Of a stretch of 64,000 bases of DNA, positions 9,391 through 20,416 are shown in pieces. This DNA comes from a virus (taxonomy: Duplodnaviria > Caudoviricetes), in the IMG/VR virus record IMGVR_UViG_3300014205_000170, positions 192,001 to 256,000 of that record, one strand, 5' to 3'. Both the position numbers and the translations under genes were made by a program. The notes under the pieces are model-generated. The model worked only from the letters and a program-made list of their open reading frames with translations. It was not told the origin of the DNA and searched no databases. The first letter of the stretch is position 1; every line of letters begins with the position of its first letter.

Positions 9391-10259
9391 AAATATTCAT
9401 CAGCACTAACTTTTTTATCAAACATTATATAGTAATGTGTTAAAGGCAAACTGTTTGCCAATAATAATTTCTCAACTCTAGGATTTTGTGCAAGTTTTAA
9501 TTTATATATTTCTTTCAACTGTTCCTTTGAAGGATTATGCTCAACAGTATCGTGCTTATAAAGAAAGCGAAAATAATCCTTTGCTTCTTTTCCTGGCTTA
9601 CGTTTAATATCTCTTAGTTTGTCTTCATCAAATAAAGGAAGAAGACAAGAAGCATTAATGTTTTCCATTTTCTTAAAATACCACCACGATTCTACAGATA
9701 CAAACTGGGCTTTTTTAGTATTTATTGGAGTTCGAGCAAAATTAGAAAGCAAACGTCCTAATTCAGTTTTCCCCTTAGAATAAACATTAATATGATTAAC
9801 TCCATCTGTATTATAATTATATTCCTCTGTTATACTCATAGTAATTGGTTGTTGCTGTTCTAGTCTAAACACTTTTCCTAAAAGATTATGATAATCACTT
9901 CTTAGTGTTTTTATAATTCCTCTTTGTTTTTTTATTAAAACATTCAACTGTTGAACACGTACATCTTTTTTTAGTTCTCTATTATCTTCTTTTGAATTTT
10001 TAGAAGTAATAGTTTTAATTTGTTCATCTTGATTTAAAATTTGTTGTTTTAATGCTTCTATTTGTTTTGTTAATTCAATAACCTGTTCTGCTTCTTTGCT
10101 AACCTGACTTGTTATGTGCCAAACACTACAATGAGGACAAAAATAAGGTTTAGCGTCTTTTTTATTGTCTTTATTTTTAGAAGTTTGTTTTCTTTTATTA
10201 ATATGAAATAAAACATCTTGTTCAGTCGCGAATTTTACTTTACCACATTTCTTTTTCAT
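9342..10259 (-). CDS. Zn-finger/coiled-coil protein with C-terminal NADAR-like (T4 gp30.3-like) domain
   Basis: YFCPHCSVWHITS; coiled coil; DGVNHINVYSKGKTELGRLLSNFARTP...FVSVESWW. Confidence 0.5.
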   Translation of the reverse strand: MKKKCGKVKFATEQDVLFHINKRKQTSKNKDNKKDAKPYFCPHCSVWHITSQVSKEAEQVIELTKQIEALKQQILNQDEQIKTITSKNSKEDNRELKKDVRVQQLNVLIKKQRGIIKTLRSDYHNLLGKVFRLEQQQPITMSITEEYNYNTDGVNHINVYSKGKTELGRLLSNFARTPINTKKAQFVSVESWWYFKKMENINASCLLPLFDEDKLRDIKRKPGKEAKDYFRFLYKHDTVEHNPSKEQLKEIYKLKLAQNPRVEKLLLANSLPLTHYYIMFDKKVSADEYLWTVELWEEIQKELLD

Positions 10260-10813
10260 TAACCTTGCTCAAGCTTATTAATAACGGTAGTTACCACTGT
10301 ATCTAAACTAACATTTCCAATACCGTTTAGAAGAGTATATTCAATTTTATGTTCATCAAGAAATACCTTTACTCTTTCATCTACAAGTTTTGCCCCATTA
10401 GAATCTTGATAACGTCCTTCTTGTTCATAAGGAACATCAGCATCCCTTTGAATATAAAAATTCAAATTATTATATTTATTGAATTCTTTTAAACTTAGAC
10501 CTTTTAAAAAAGGACATTTTTCTTCATCATAAATCGTAGAAAACAATATAGGCGAATCTGTTACAACAACAGACACAGATTCATTTAATGAAAACAATTG
10601 AAATTGTTGTTTTCTAAAAATATAAATTTGATTTTGAGTAACTTTTTTAGCCTCTTCTCTAAATTTTTTTTTGTAATATTCCGGAGATATTTCACAAGAA
10701 ATATATTTTCTTTTTAAAATAGAAAATATTTCATTTGTTAGAATGCTTTTACCAGTACCTGGTCCACCAAATAAATTGACAACGATTGTTTTTTTCATGT
10801 TATAATTTTCCAT
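10259..10813 (-). CDS. NadR/AAA_28-like P-loop kinase
   Basis: VVNLFGGPGTGKS, VVTDSP, YEQEGRYQ. Confidence 0.75.
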   Translation of the reverse strand: MENYNMKKTIVVNLFGGPGTGKSILTNEIFSILKRKYISCEISPEYYKKKFREEAKKVTQNQIYIFRKQQFQLFSLNESVSVVVTDSPILFSTIYDEEKCPFLKGLSLKEFNKYNNLNFYIQRDADVPYEQEGRYQDSNGAKLVDERVKVFLDEHKIEYTLLNGIGNVSLDTVVTTVINKLEQG

Positions 10814-11120
10814 CTACTTTTAATTCCCATTTTTCATTTTTTCTCGCAATGGCTTTAAGTACATCCTCTGCTGTAAAACCAAAACCATCCAAAATACAAA
10901 TAACATTTTGAATGGAGTCAGCTCCCTCATCTAAAATTTCTTGATTAATACTTTCTGGAGTATCTTCAGGCTTCAAAACTTTCCTTCCATTTGTTTTATT
11001 AATAGCTTTAGCTAACTCTCCGCCCTCTTCAAAAAATTTCCCCAATCTCTCCGCAGCAGTTGCTTGGTCTTTTTGATTTATACGACTAATGTCGTTATAT
11101 ATTATTTCGAAATTTTTCAT
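10800..11120 (-). CDS. MazG-like nucleotide pyrophosphohydrolase
   Basis: KFFEEGGELAKAI ... EILDEGAD ... RKNEKW. Confidence 0.75.
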   Translation of the reverse strand: MKNFEIIYNDISRINQKDQATAAERLGKFFEEGGELAKAINKTNGRKVLKPEDTPESINQEILDEGADSIQNVICILDGFGFTAEDVLKAIARKNEKWELKVDGKL

Positions 11121-11554
11121 TGTATATAAATTAATTTTGTATGTATATAATTCTGATTATTAAATAAAATGCAATATTTTGGAGGTAATAGTATATCAGA
11201 GTATACAGTAATTCCTTCTATATATCCCTCTTTTCTAGCTCCATTATGATGTTCAAAATCCTTATCAAATGAAAAAATTTTATGTGTGTAAAATTGTCTT
11301 AACAAAACCTCAACTTCCATAGAAATATATAAAGAATTAAATAAAAATTCTTTTTCCAGCAAAACATTACGGGTATTTAAATGATATTCAAAACAATCAT
11401 CATATTTTAAATTTGATAAATTTTTCAATATTCTTATTAGTAAAGTTTTATCATGTTCTGTTTGAGAAGAAGAACTTTTCCATTCCCAAATTCCCTGTGG
11501 GGTGAATTCGGTATATTTAATTTTATCTTGAATATATTTTAATGTGTGTAACAT
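11117..11554 (-). CDS. hypothetical protein with internal LxEK tag
   Basis: TRNVLLEK. Confidence 0.55.
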   Translation of the reverse strand: MLHTLKYIQDKIKYTEFTPQGIWEWKSSSSQTEHDKTLLIRILKNLSNLKYDDCFEYHLNTRNVLLEKEFLFNSLYISMEVEVLLRQFYTHKIFSFDKDFEHHNGARKEGYIEGITVYSDILLPPKYCILFNNQNYIHTKLIYIQ

Positions 11555-11556
11555 AT

Positions 11557-12291
11557 TTAAGACGCACTAACCATTCTCGCTTTTTTAACCTCACTCATAA
11601 ATTCCTGCACTAATGAACGTTCAATTTTTTTCGTGGTTATACCATGTGGTTTAAAACAACTTCCAACAATACCTCCATCTGCAACTGATAATTGTTCAAC
11701 AACATTTGAAATGTTTAGACCGGCTCCAACAATAAGAGGATGTTCTCCAAGAATATTCCTGAATTCTGTTATTTTTTCAAAAGGAGTTTGTTTACCGGTT
11801 CCTTCACCTGTAACAACAATTGCTTCTGCTAGTTTCATCCCATTTTCAATATCATTTTTCAATACAGAATTAGGAACTGGTCTATAATACTTTGGCCAAA
11901 CGCCACCTAACACAGTTACATCAGGACAAGTAGCTTTGTTTGATAAATATTTTTCCACATCAATTGGATTTCCATTTTTATATGCACCGGCAACATAATC
12001 TATTTGAACGAACTGCGCATTATAAACTTTAGCCATTTCAAATACTTTTTCATAATCATTGGGCAATATATTTAAACCAACCATGATTTTTTCTCTTGCT
12101 TTTTCCTGATTTAAAATGTTCAAAACTGTTGACATATCAGCAACTTCTCCATGGTAATTTTCAATTATACATCCATCTACACCTTCTTGAATAAGAATTT
12201 CGACTTCTTGCATAGCTCTTTCCATAATGTTTGGTCCCACATTACCAGATAAGTGAATCATGCCAAATATAGGTTTTTGTTTAAAATTCAT
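11557..12291 (-). CDS. BtpA/SgcQ family TIM-barrel protein
   Basis: PIFGMIHL, GVDGCIIEN, AIVVTGEGTG, LIVGAG, ADGGIVGSCFK. Confidence 0.85.
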   Translation of the reverse strand: MNFKQKPIFGMIHLSGNVGPNIMERAMQEVEILIQEGVDGCIIENYHGEVADMSTVLNILNQEKAREKIMVGLNILPNDYEKVFEMAKVYNAQFVQIDYVAGAYKNGNPIDVEKYLSNKATCPDVTVLGGVWPKYYRPVPNSVLKNDIENGMKLAEAIVVTGEGTGKQTPFEKITEFRNILGEHPLIVGAGLNISNVVEQLSVADGGIVGSCFKPHGITTKKIERSLVQEFMSEVKKARMVSAS

Positions 12292-13042
12292 AATATTTCT
12301 TTATTAGTTTATAAAATTGTTCTTCAAAAACAACATTCAAAGGTATTCTAAATGCAGCAAAAAACAAAGCCAATTCCTCACTAGAATAATAATTTAAATT
12401 ATTATCGTGACAATTATAAGGACACAGCAATTCTAAATGTTTATTATTATCAGCGAATTCATATGCGCTTTTAATTTCTTCTTTAATTTGTTCTGGAGTT
12501 CTACTAGGATGGGTATCTTTGGTTAAATCTTTAGTGACAATACCAAAACATTGACCATTTAAACCTCTAGGTTTTCCATTTTTCGCTCCAAACTTCTCTT
12601 TACACAGCAACGCAAATCCTTTACCATATCTTCCTTGTGTATTGGTTCCAACTATCGCTATTTGATTTTCTTTTAAAGATAATATTTTACCTTTGTATGT
12701 TCGGTGAATATCCAATTTAGATTCAATGATTTTTTTAATGATAGTGCCATGGCAAGGCTGTGGCATACAATAACACACTAAATTCATATTTGTCCCGGAA
12801 CGAACTTTTTTCCAAATTGAATTTAATTCTTTGCAAACAATAGTATCTTTATTTTTAATTTTTTCATTAAGATACTCGCTAAACATTTTTAAAGACTGTT
12901 CTCTTGAATCACAATGATATTCTGCTTTGGTTTGAACTGTTGCCGGAATACTAGTATAAGGATTTCCTAAAGGAGAGCCTCTACCAATAAACACATCATT
13001 TTCAGTAGGAGTATGTGTTTTTTTATTTACTACGGTTATCAT
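12281..13042 (-). CDS. DUF4326-like domain fused to a macrodomain-like phage domain
   Basis: DVFIGRGSPLGNPY and LVCYCMPQPCHG; C-half IAIVGTNTQGRYGKGFA...GQCFGIVTK. Confidence 0.6.
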   Translation of the reverse strand: MITVVNKKTHTPTENDVFIGRGSPLGNPYTSIPATVQTKAEYHCDSREQSLKMFSEYLNEKIKNKDTIVCKELNSIWKKVRSGTNMNLVCYCMPQPCHGTIIKKIIESKLDIHRTYKGKILSLKENQIAIVGTNTQGRYGKGFALLCKEKFGAKNGKPRGLNGQCFGIVTKDLTKDTHPSRTPEQIKEEIKSAYEFADNNKHLELLCPYNCHDNNLNYYSSEELALFFAAFRIPLNVVFEEQFYKLIKKYYEF

Positions 13043-13430
13043 TGAATTGTTTTAAAGATTGCAATAATAATTCTTGTGTAATCATTTCTACAAAATAAGA
13101 ATAACATTCTGTTGAATTTCTGCGACCATTATAAAAATGGTAATAACCAGTACAATATAAAAAAGTATGTTGATATAATTCATCCAGTTCAGTTACATTG
13201 CATTCATCAAACATAGCCTTTTGATTAAATTGTTTTAAGAGTTTCATCATTATAAATTTGACCATCTCTGAAAGACAACTAATTGCATCTTGGTTAATTT
13301 TTTTTTCTTGTATAGACTGCATAATTGAAATATAAAGAAGTTCTTTAAAATGAACATGAAAAACAGAACGAGAAGTTATTTTTTCAAGCAGAACACTTTT
13401 GTGGTGTAAATATTTTCCTTTCTCTTCCAA
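13023..13430 (-). CDS. hypothetical protein, possibly a degenerate gp55-like sigma region-2 fragment, with N-terminal LxEK tag
   Basis: HKSVLLEK; KELLYISIMQS...ELYQ..FLYC...CYSYFVEMI recalls the xxAYFTxI motif of phage late sigma factors. Confidence 0.35.
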   Translation of the reverse strand: MEEKGKYLHHKSVLLEKITSRSVFHVHFKELLYISIMQSIQEKKINQDAISCLSEMVKFIMMKLLKQFNQKAMFDECNVTELDELYQHTFLYCTGYYHFYNGRRNSTECYSYFVEMITQELLLQSLKQFNDNRSK

Positions 13431-13438
13431 AATTCTTT

Positions 13439-13816
13439 TTAAACAAATTCATGGTAATTTTTATATCGGGTTTGTGCATGATACACAACAACACTTTTTA
13501 TTTCGTTTATTCTTCTATTTATTCCAGTTTTATGAATATCACTTTCAAATGCAATTTTTGTTAGCTCAGAAATAGTTTTAAATTCAGTATAACCATAATG
13601 AACTTGAGTGCAATTATATAAAATACAATCTTTATAAGGAGAATTATGTCTATATTTAATTTCTACAACAAATCCAAACACACCATCATCAACAAAATTT
13701 TGTTCCTTCGATATGTTTATCCTTTTGTTTAAAACAATAAGTTTCATCCAATTAAAAAGATAACCTTTTTTTTCTATAATAACATCTCTTTCTTGTATTT
13801 TTGAAGGGGAAAACAC
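13439..13816 (-). CDS. hypothetical protein with N-terminal LxEK-like tag
   Basis: ERDVIIEK; directly downstream of an ECF-type promoter. Confidence 0.6.
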   Translation of the reverse strand: MFSPSKIQERDVIIEKKGYLFNWMKLIVLNKRINISKEQNFVDDGVFGFVVEIKYRHNSPYKDCILYNCTQVHYGYTEFKTISELTKIAFESDIHKTGINRRINEIKSVVVYHAQTRYKNYHEFV

Positions 13817-13826
13817 TATGTATAAT

Positions 13827-13855
13827 TTAAACGTAAATTTAACAAAAATGTTGCT
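13827..13855 (-). promoter_or_regulatory. ECF-type promoter motif AGCAAC-N16-CGTTTAA
   Basis: Exact-spacing copy, immediately after a terminator. Confidence 0.72.
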
Positions 13856-13857
13856 AA

Positions 13858-13887
13858 TAAAAAAATCCAGATTAATATCTGGATTTT
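13858..13887 (-). terminator. intrinsic terminator
   Basis: AAAATCCAGAT-taat-ATCTGGATTTT hairpin with U tail, after the 13896 stop. Confidence 0.75.
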
Positions 13888-13895
13888 AAAGGATT

Positions 13896-14129
13896 TTAAT
13901 CCCATTCTTCGCGACTGGCATGATATTCAGCTTCGCAATAAATGATGACTTTTTCTCTATAAGTTAAATTACACCATTCTCTTTGATACAACTTAGAAAC
14001 ATACTTCCTCCAATCATGAACTTTTCCAATGTTCTCAAATTCAGTCTTATTCAACAGAGCTCTTTTCATAGGTTTTATCCCAGCATCCTGAAATATCGCT
14101 TGAACAAATTGTATATTTTCTTGTTTCAT
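13896..14129 (-). CDS. hypothetical protein
   Basis: 77-aa ORF downstream of rtcB (VHDWRKYV motif). Confidence 0.55.
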   Translation of the reverse strand: MKQENIQFVQAIFQDAGIKPMKRALLNKTEFENIGKVHDWRKYVSKLYQREWCNLTYREKVIIYCEAEYHASREEWD

Positions 14130-14137
14130 GATTTAAT

Positions 14138-16272
<2,135 letters not shown>

Positions 16273-16283
<11 letters not shown>

Positions 16284-16479
16284 TTTCTTTTTTTAAGTGC
16301 TCTAATCCCGCAAATGCTTCTCTTTTTCTTTCTAACCATTCATTAAATTCTGAGGTATCAAGAAACAATGGTTTATTCACTCCGGTAACACAAATGAATT
16401 TTTTACCAAAATTCTTTTTTGATGACCCGCGTCCTTTTGATTTTATAAATTGCTGTAACCATTTATTAAAAGCGTCCAT
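16273..16479 (-). CDS. hypothetical protein
   Basis: 68-aa ORF between the tRNA and trpS. Confidence 0.45.
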
Positions 16480-16493
16480 TTCATTTATTTTTG

Positions 16494-16577
16494 TGTAGAT
16501 GGGAGGATTCGAACCACCAACCCCAAACCGTTTTGAAGCGGATGAACTACCATTTCTCCATTATAGGGCACATCTAC
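16494..16577 (-). tRNA. atypical tRNA or tRNA-like gene, 8-nt anticodon loop CUUCAAAA (UCA or CAA)
   Basis: Acceptor GTAGATG/CATCTAC, T-arm GGTGG-TTCGAAT-CCTCC, anticodon core CCG/CGG; D-arm irregular; no encoded CCA. Confidence 0.7.
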
Positions 16578-16578
16578 A

Positions 16579-17355
16579 TTATGTTTCACTTCTTGTATAA
16601 CCACCTTTTTCAAAATCATCAATCCAAATCAATTTATAAAAACTTCTATCTTGTCCATAAGGCTGAATACGTATATGGCCTCTCACTTTAAAACCATCTG
16701 TTACAATGATTTTATTCCACAGTGTATTAACTAAAGTTACATCAAACAATGTATCATTTAAAAAATTATTTTCCTTCCCTTTAAATCCAATATCTTTATT
16801 AATTTTTTGAGATGGTTTAATAATAAACAATTCCGGCTCTGTTAATTTTACAAACAGAAGTAATTTTACAAATCTTTGTTTAGCTTCTTCATTTTGATTA
16901 GCATACTGTGTTATTTCCTTTTCTTTCAATAAAACAGCAAAACTTTCATAATTAACCATTGGACCTTTATCACTTTGTGATATAAACCAACGAACAACAT
17001 TAATACGTTCTCCTTTTATAACTTGAAATCTGTAAAATTCAGTTTTACTAATTACATAAGAAGAAATCTCATTTTCCAATTCCTTAAACCAATCTAAGTT
17101 TATTTTATTGATTTTAATTAAATCAGAATGTTTTTGTACGTTTTGACTTAAATAAAACAAATTTCCTTTTTTGGTAGGCGCACAAAGCGAGTGAGCTAAA
17201 GATACACCTTGAACAACATAAAAATTTTGAGCGTCAACACTAGGAATCGCTTGCTTATTTTTTTCCAAAATAGCTTTTTGTTGAGACAAATAGAATTGTT
17301 TCAACATTGGACCATGTTCAAATTGTATAGCCAAATATTCTTTGGATAGTTTCAT
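16579..17355 (-). CDS. conserved phage hypothetical protein
   Basis: C-terminal VRGHIRIQPYG...KLIWI..F.KG motif of a kind common in phage proteins. Confidence 0.6.
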   Translation of the reverse strand: MKLSKEYLAIQFEHGPMLKQFYLSQQKAILEKNKQAIPSVDAQNFYVVQGVSLAHSLCAPTKKGNLFYLSQNVQKHSDLIKINKINLDWFKELENEISSYVISKTEFYRFQVIKGERINVVRWFISQSDKGPMVNYESFAVLLKEKEITQYANQNEEAKQRFVKLLLFVKLTEPELFIIKPSQKINKDIGFKGKENNFLNDTLFDVTLVNTLWNKIIVTDGFKVRGHIRIQPYGQDRSFYKLIWIDDFEKGGYTRSET

Positions 17356-17372
17356 ATAACCAATTGTTAAAA

Positions 17373-17401
17373 TTAAACGTAAAACCAGTAAAAATGTTGC
17401 A
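17373..17401 (-). promoter_or_regulatory. ECF-type promoter motif TGCAAC-N16-CGTTTAA
   Basis: Exact-spacing copy heading the unit that contains the tRNA, trpS and rtcB. Confidence 0.72.
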
Positions 17402-17406
17402 AATTC

Positions 17407-17736
17407 TTAAATCTCTATTAAATCTACCTCTCTAAATTCCATATTATGAATTACAGCACCTATAATCACATGATTTCCATCACCTGTCTCAAATTTAAAT
17501 TCATCCCTTTCGCTTGTAAATCTATAAACATATTTATATTTTTCAAACAAAACCATTCTACTGGTTTGAATACCTTTATAATGCAAAGAGGTAATAGCTC
17601 TGCCATTAGAATTAAATAAAACCAATCGTTTAAATTGTAAACTAGCAAAGTTTAATTTGACCAAAAAAGCATATCCTTTAATGAATGGTGACCTTTTTAA
17701 ACTTATTGTATCACCAAGTTGAAACGTATTTTTCAC
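17407..17736 (-). CDS. GDT..KG family small protein with LxEK tag
   Basis: FQLGDTI, IKGYA, SRMVLFEK. Confidence 0.65.
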   Translation of the reverse strand: MKNTFQLGDTISLKRSPFIKGYAFLVKLNFASLQFKRLVLFNSNGRAITSLHYKGIQTSRMVLFEKYKYVYRFTSERDEFKFETGDGNHVIIGAVIHNMEFREVDLIEI

Positions 17737-17761
17737 AAGCTAAAGATAGTGAAAATTCTGA

Positions 17762-17935
17762 TTATGTTAACTTTTTAAAAGCCCTCCACAATGATTGTAG
17801 CTCTAATTCCTTATTACAGCGATATAATCTAACTGCAATTTCAGAACGAAGCTCTTCCGTGGAATAAAGTTTGTCCGGCTCTAATTTAATGAGGTCTTCT
17901 GTAGGAATGTCTTTTATTGGCTTTGTTTCTTTCAT
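17762..17935 (-). CDS. hypothetical protein
   Basis: ATG at 17935, just downstream of a promoter motif. Confidence 0.5.
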   Translation of the reverse strand: MKETKPIKDIPTEDLIKLEPDKLYSTEELRSEIAVRLYRCNKELELQSLWRAFKKLT

Positions 17936-17942
17936 TATCTTA

Positions 17943-17971
17943 ATAAACGACAAAAAGAACTTTTGGTTACA
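17943..17971 (-). promoter_or_regulatory. ECF-type promoter motif TGTAAC-N16-CGTTTAT
   Basis: Exact-spacing copy. Confidence 0.68.
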
Positions 17972-18006
17972 TTTTTATAATGCAATAAAAAATATATATT
18001 TATAAT

Positions 18007-18225
18007 ATGGAACCAGACATAGGAGATACATTACTTAATACAGAAAACAATATAAAAGGCTTTATTTCAAAACCTATTGGATATAATATGGTAATTGACA
18101 ATACTATAGTAATTAGACTAATGGAACCCAACAACAAAAACAATCATAGAATTGAAATTAATAAAGATTTTTTATTACTTAACACCCGTATTGTTTTGTT
18201 AGAAAAACAGTTTTCCAATGAATAA
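18007..18225 (+). CDS. GDT..KG family small protein with LxEK tag
   Basis: DIGDTL, IKGFI, TRIVLLEK. Confidence 0.7.
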   Translation: MEPDIGDTLLNTENNIKGFISKPIGYNMVIDNTIVIRLMEPNNKNNHRIEINKDFLLLNTRIVLLEKQFSNE

Positions 18226-18916
18226 AAACAAAAATATATTTTATGTTTATGCTTATTTAGACCCACGTAAACCTGGAACATATGTTTATGGAGACTATTC
18301 ATTTGAATATGAGCCGTTTTATATTGGAAAGGGTGGTACTAAACGTCAAATTAAAAGACATTTATTTGAATCAAAAGAGCGTACTAAAAATACTCTCAAA
18401 TATAATAAAATTCAAAAAATAATCAGAGAAACCTCACAAAATCCAATAATATTAAAAATCAGAGATAACATAGTTGAACAAGAAGCTTTTGATATAGAGG
18501 CTTCATTAATTAAAAAAATTGGAAGAATAGATTTACAAACTGGACCATTAACAAACCATTGGGATGGTCATTTTGGAGGAACTGCAAATCCCTCACAGGA
18601 AACCCGTAAAAAATTAGGAGATGCCACAAGAGGAAAAACGTATGAAGAAATATATGGTAAAAAGAAAGCTAAAGAATTAAGACAAAGCAGGGTTGAAAGT
18701 AACAAACGAAGAATACTCTCAATAGAAACTAAGGATAAAATAAGAAAAAAACACGCAAAAAGATTTTGGAAACTAACAAAACCAAATGGTGAAAAAATAA
18801 TAATCAAAAATTTAAATCAATTTTGTTTCAAAAACAATTTAACAATGACTTTAATGTGTCATGTAGCACAAGGAAAACAAACTCATCACAAAGGCTGGGG
18901 ATGCGAATATTGTTAA
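18218..18916 (+). CDS. GIY-YIG-like (LEM-3-like) homing endonuclease with NUMOD-type repeats
   Basis: FYVYAYLDPR...PFYIGKG, EQEAFDIE..LI..IGR...GPLTN; ETRKKL..A.RGK; HHKGW. Confidence 0.75.
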   Translation: MNKNKNIFYVYAYLDPRKPGTYVYGDYSFEYEPFYIGKGGTKRQIKRHLFESKERTKNTLKYNKIQKIIRETSQNPIILKIRDNIVEQEAFDIEASLIKKIGRIDLQTGPLTNHWDGHFGGTANPSQETRKKLGDATRGKTYEEIYGKKKAKELRQSRVESNKRRILSIETKDKIRKKHAKRFWKLTKPNGEKIIIKNLNQFCFKNNLTMTLMCHVAQGKQTHHKGWGCEYC

Positions 18917-20130
18917 AAAATAGTTTCTTGTGAACTTGTATTTTCATACCCAAAAATTCTTTTAAATCTCTCGATATCCTCTGGTTTACCAGTGGCTTTA
19001 TTTAGGTTATCTGAAAGCTTTACAGTACCCATTCCATTGGCCTCAGTTGCCTTCATTACAATTGATAATGGTTTATATCCACAATCATTTGTAAGTTCCG
19101 TACCCCAACCGGCTACTGTCTTAATGTCTTGTCCAAAGTCTAAAGTCAATCCAATCACATCATCCGTCTTTAAACCATCACTTGGAATAAATGATTTTTC
19201 TTGAGTGTTTATATTCAATTTTTGATAAAAATTTAATTGTGTTTTAGCAAATTCTTTTGCTGAACCTGAGTCTTGTCTTAAACCAATCCATTTATGAGCA
19301 CGTTCTTCTCCAAAATCTTCAAAGAAAAATTTAGAACCATAAGTATCAGTTAAAGCTATAGAAAATTTTTCTCCCAAAAGGTCAAACCACATATCTAAAA
19401 TTTTACCATGTGACGAACGAATATCGTCATCAGAATCTCCAAAAAGCCTTGCTCCTACCATCGTAAGTTCATGCGCAGTTGTTCCTATTGGCTTTAATCC
19501 TAATTCTTTTGCTAGTAATACATTTGAAGTACCAACCAATTGTTCTGGTAATTCTTTTTGCAAAGTTTCCAAAACAATTTTCTGCCATTCAAACGAAAAT
19601 CTTCTTCTTGTTCCAAATTCGCTAAATCTTACTTGAGGATAATTTTTTAGTCTTTGAATTTTCTCAACCAATTTTTCTTTTCCAATTACTTCATGGTCCT
19701 TTCCAGTTAAAAAATCCATGTCTTTATAAAACATACAATTTACCGAACTTAATACCATTGTTTCCCACCAGATTGTGTTTTTCCAAAGACCTTCTGTAGA
19801 TATTTTTAATTCATCATTTTCTATTTTTACTTCAACTTTTGGTAAAGAAACTAAAGCTAAAAATCTAATGAATTCTTCTGGGAATACGTTTAAAGATGAT
19901 ATATATGCAAGTTCGTCCTCTTCGTATTTATATGCGCGTCTTATTTGAAATAATTCATAATTAATAGTTTTCTCTAAATGAACTAAAGAAACTCCTTTAG
20001 TTCTGTTTTTAAATTCATACTTTACATGAACATCCGGAAAATATTTCCAAACAAAATATGCCATTGTAAATTTATAAAAATCCACATCCAATGGAGATTT
20101 AATAGATAAATTTTGCATGTATGAATTCAT
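18913..20130 (-). CDS. pncB: nicotinate phosphoribosyltransferase
   Basis: DVDFYKFTM, SEFGTRRRFS, GTSNVLLA, GTTAHE, ALTDTYG, RQDSG, GWGTELTND, KLSDNLNKATG. Confidence 0.92.
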   Translation of the reverse strand: MNSYMQNLSIKSPLDVDFYKFTMAYFVWKYFPDVHVKYEFKNRTKGVSLVHLEKTINYELFQIRRAYKYEEDELAYISSLNVFPEEFIRFLALVSLPKVEVKIENDELKISTEGLWKNTIWWETMVLSSVNCMFYKDMDFLTGKDHEVIGKEKLVEKIQRLKNYPQVRFSEFGTRRRFSFEWQKIVLETLQKELPEQLVGTSNVLLAKELGLKPIGTTAHELTMVGARLFGDSDDDIRSSHGKILDMWFDLLGEKFSIALTDTYGSKFFFEDFGEERAHKWIGLRQDSGSAKEFAKTQLNFYQKLNINTQEKSFIPSDGLKTDDVIGLTLDFGQDIKTVAGWGTELTNDCGYKPLSIVMKATEANGMGTVKLSDNLNKATGKPEDIERFKRIFGYENTSSQETIF

Positions 20131-20134
20131 AAAC

Positions 20135-20416
20135 TTATTTTATTAATTGTAATAAATCATTAGAATAGTGAATGCCAATAACAGTTCCAACAACACTTCC
20201 TAGTGAATAACCCAACCATTGATGTATTGTATCGTCAGATGTAGCAATCTTTTTAATTAACACAAAGTTCGCTGATGCAAATATAAAATCGCTACTCGCA
20301 GCTAATAAAATATTTCCATGAGCCACTGCTCTTAAGTTAATACAAATTATTCCATAAGAAAATATTTGTACTACAAACATGATTAAAAATTCCTTTATTT
20401 TTTTGTGTTTTATCAT
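20135..20416 (-). CDS. small membrane protein
   Basis: Three hydrophobic segments including GYSLGSVVGTVIGI. Confidence 0.6.
   Translation of the reverse strand: MIKHKKIKEFLIMFVVQIFSYGIICINLRAVAHGNILLAASSDFIFASANFVLIKKIATSDDTIHQWLGYSLGSVVGTVIGIHYSNDLLQLIK

Noticed and set aside
16494-16577. Selenocysteine tRNA
   Set aside because: No long variable arm or extended D stem, and no sel genes in the window.
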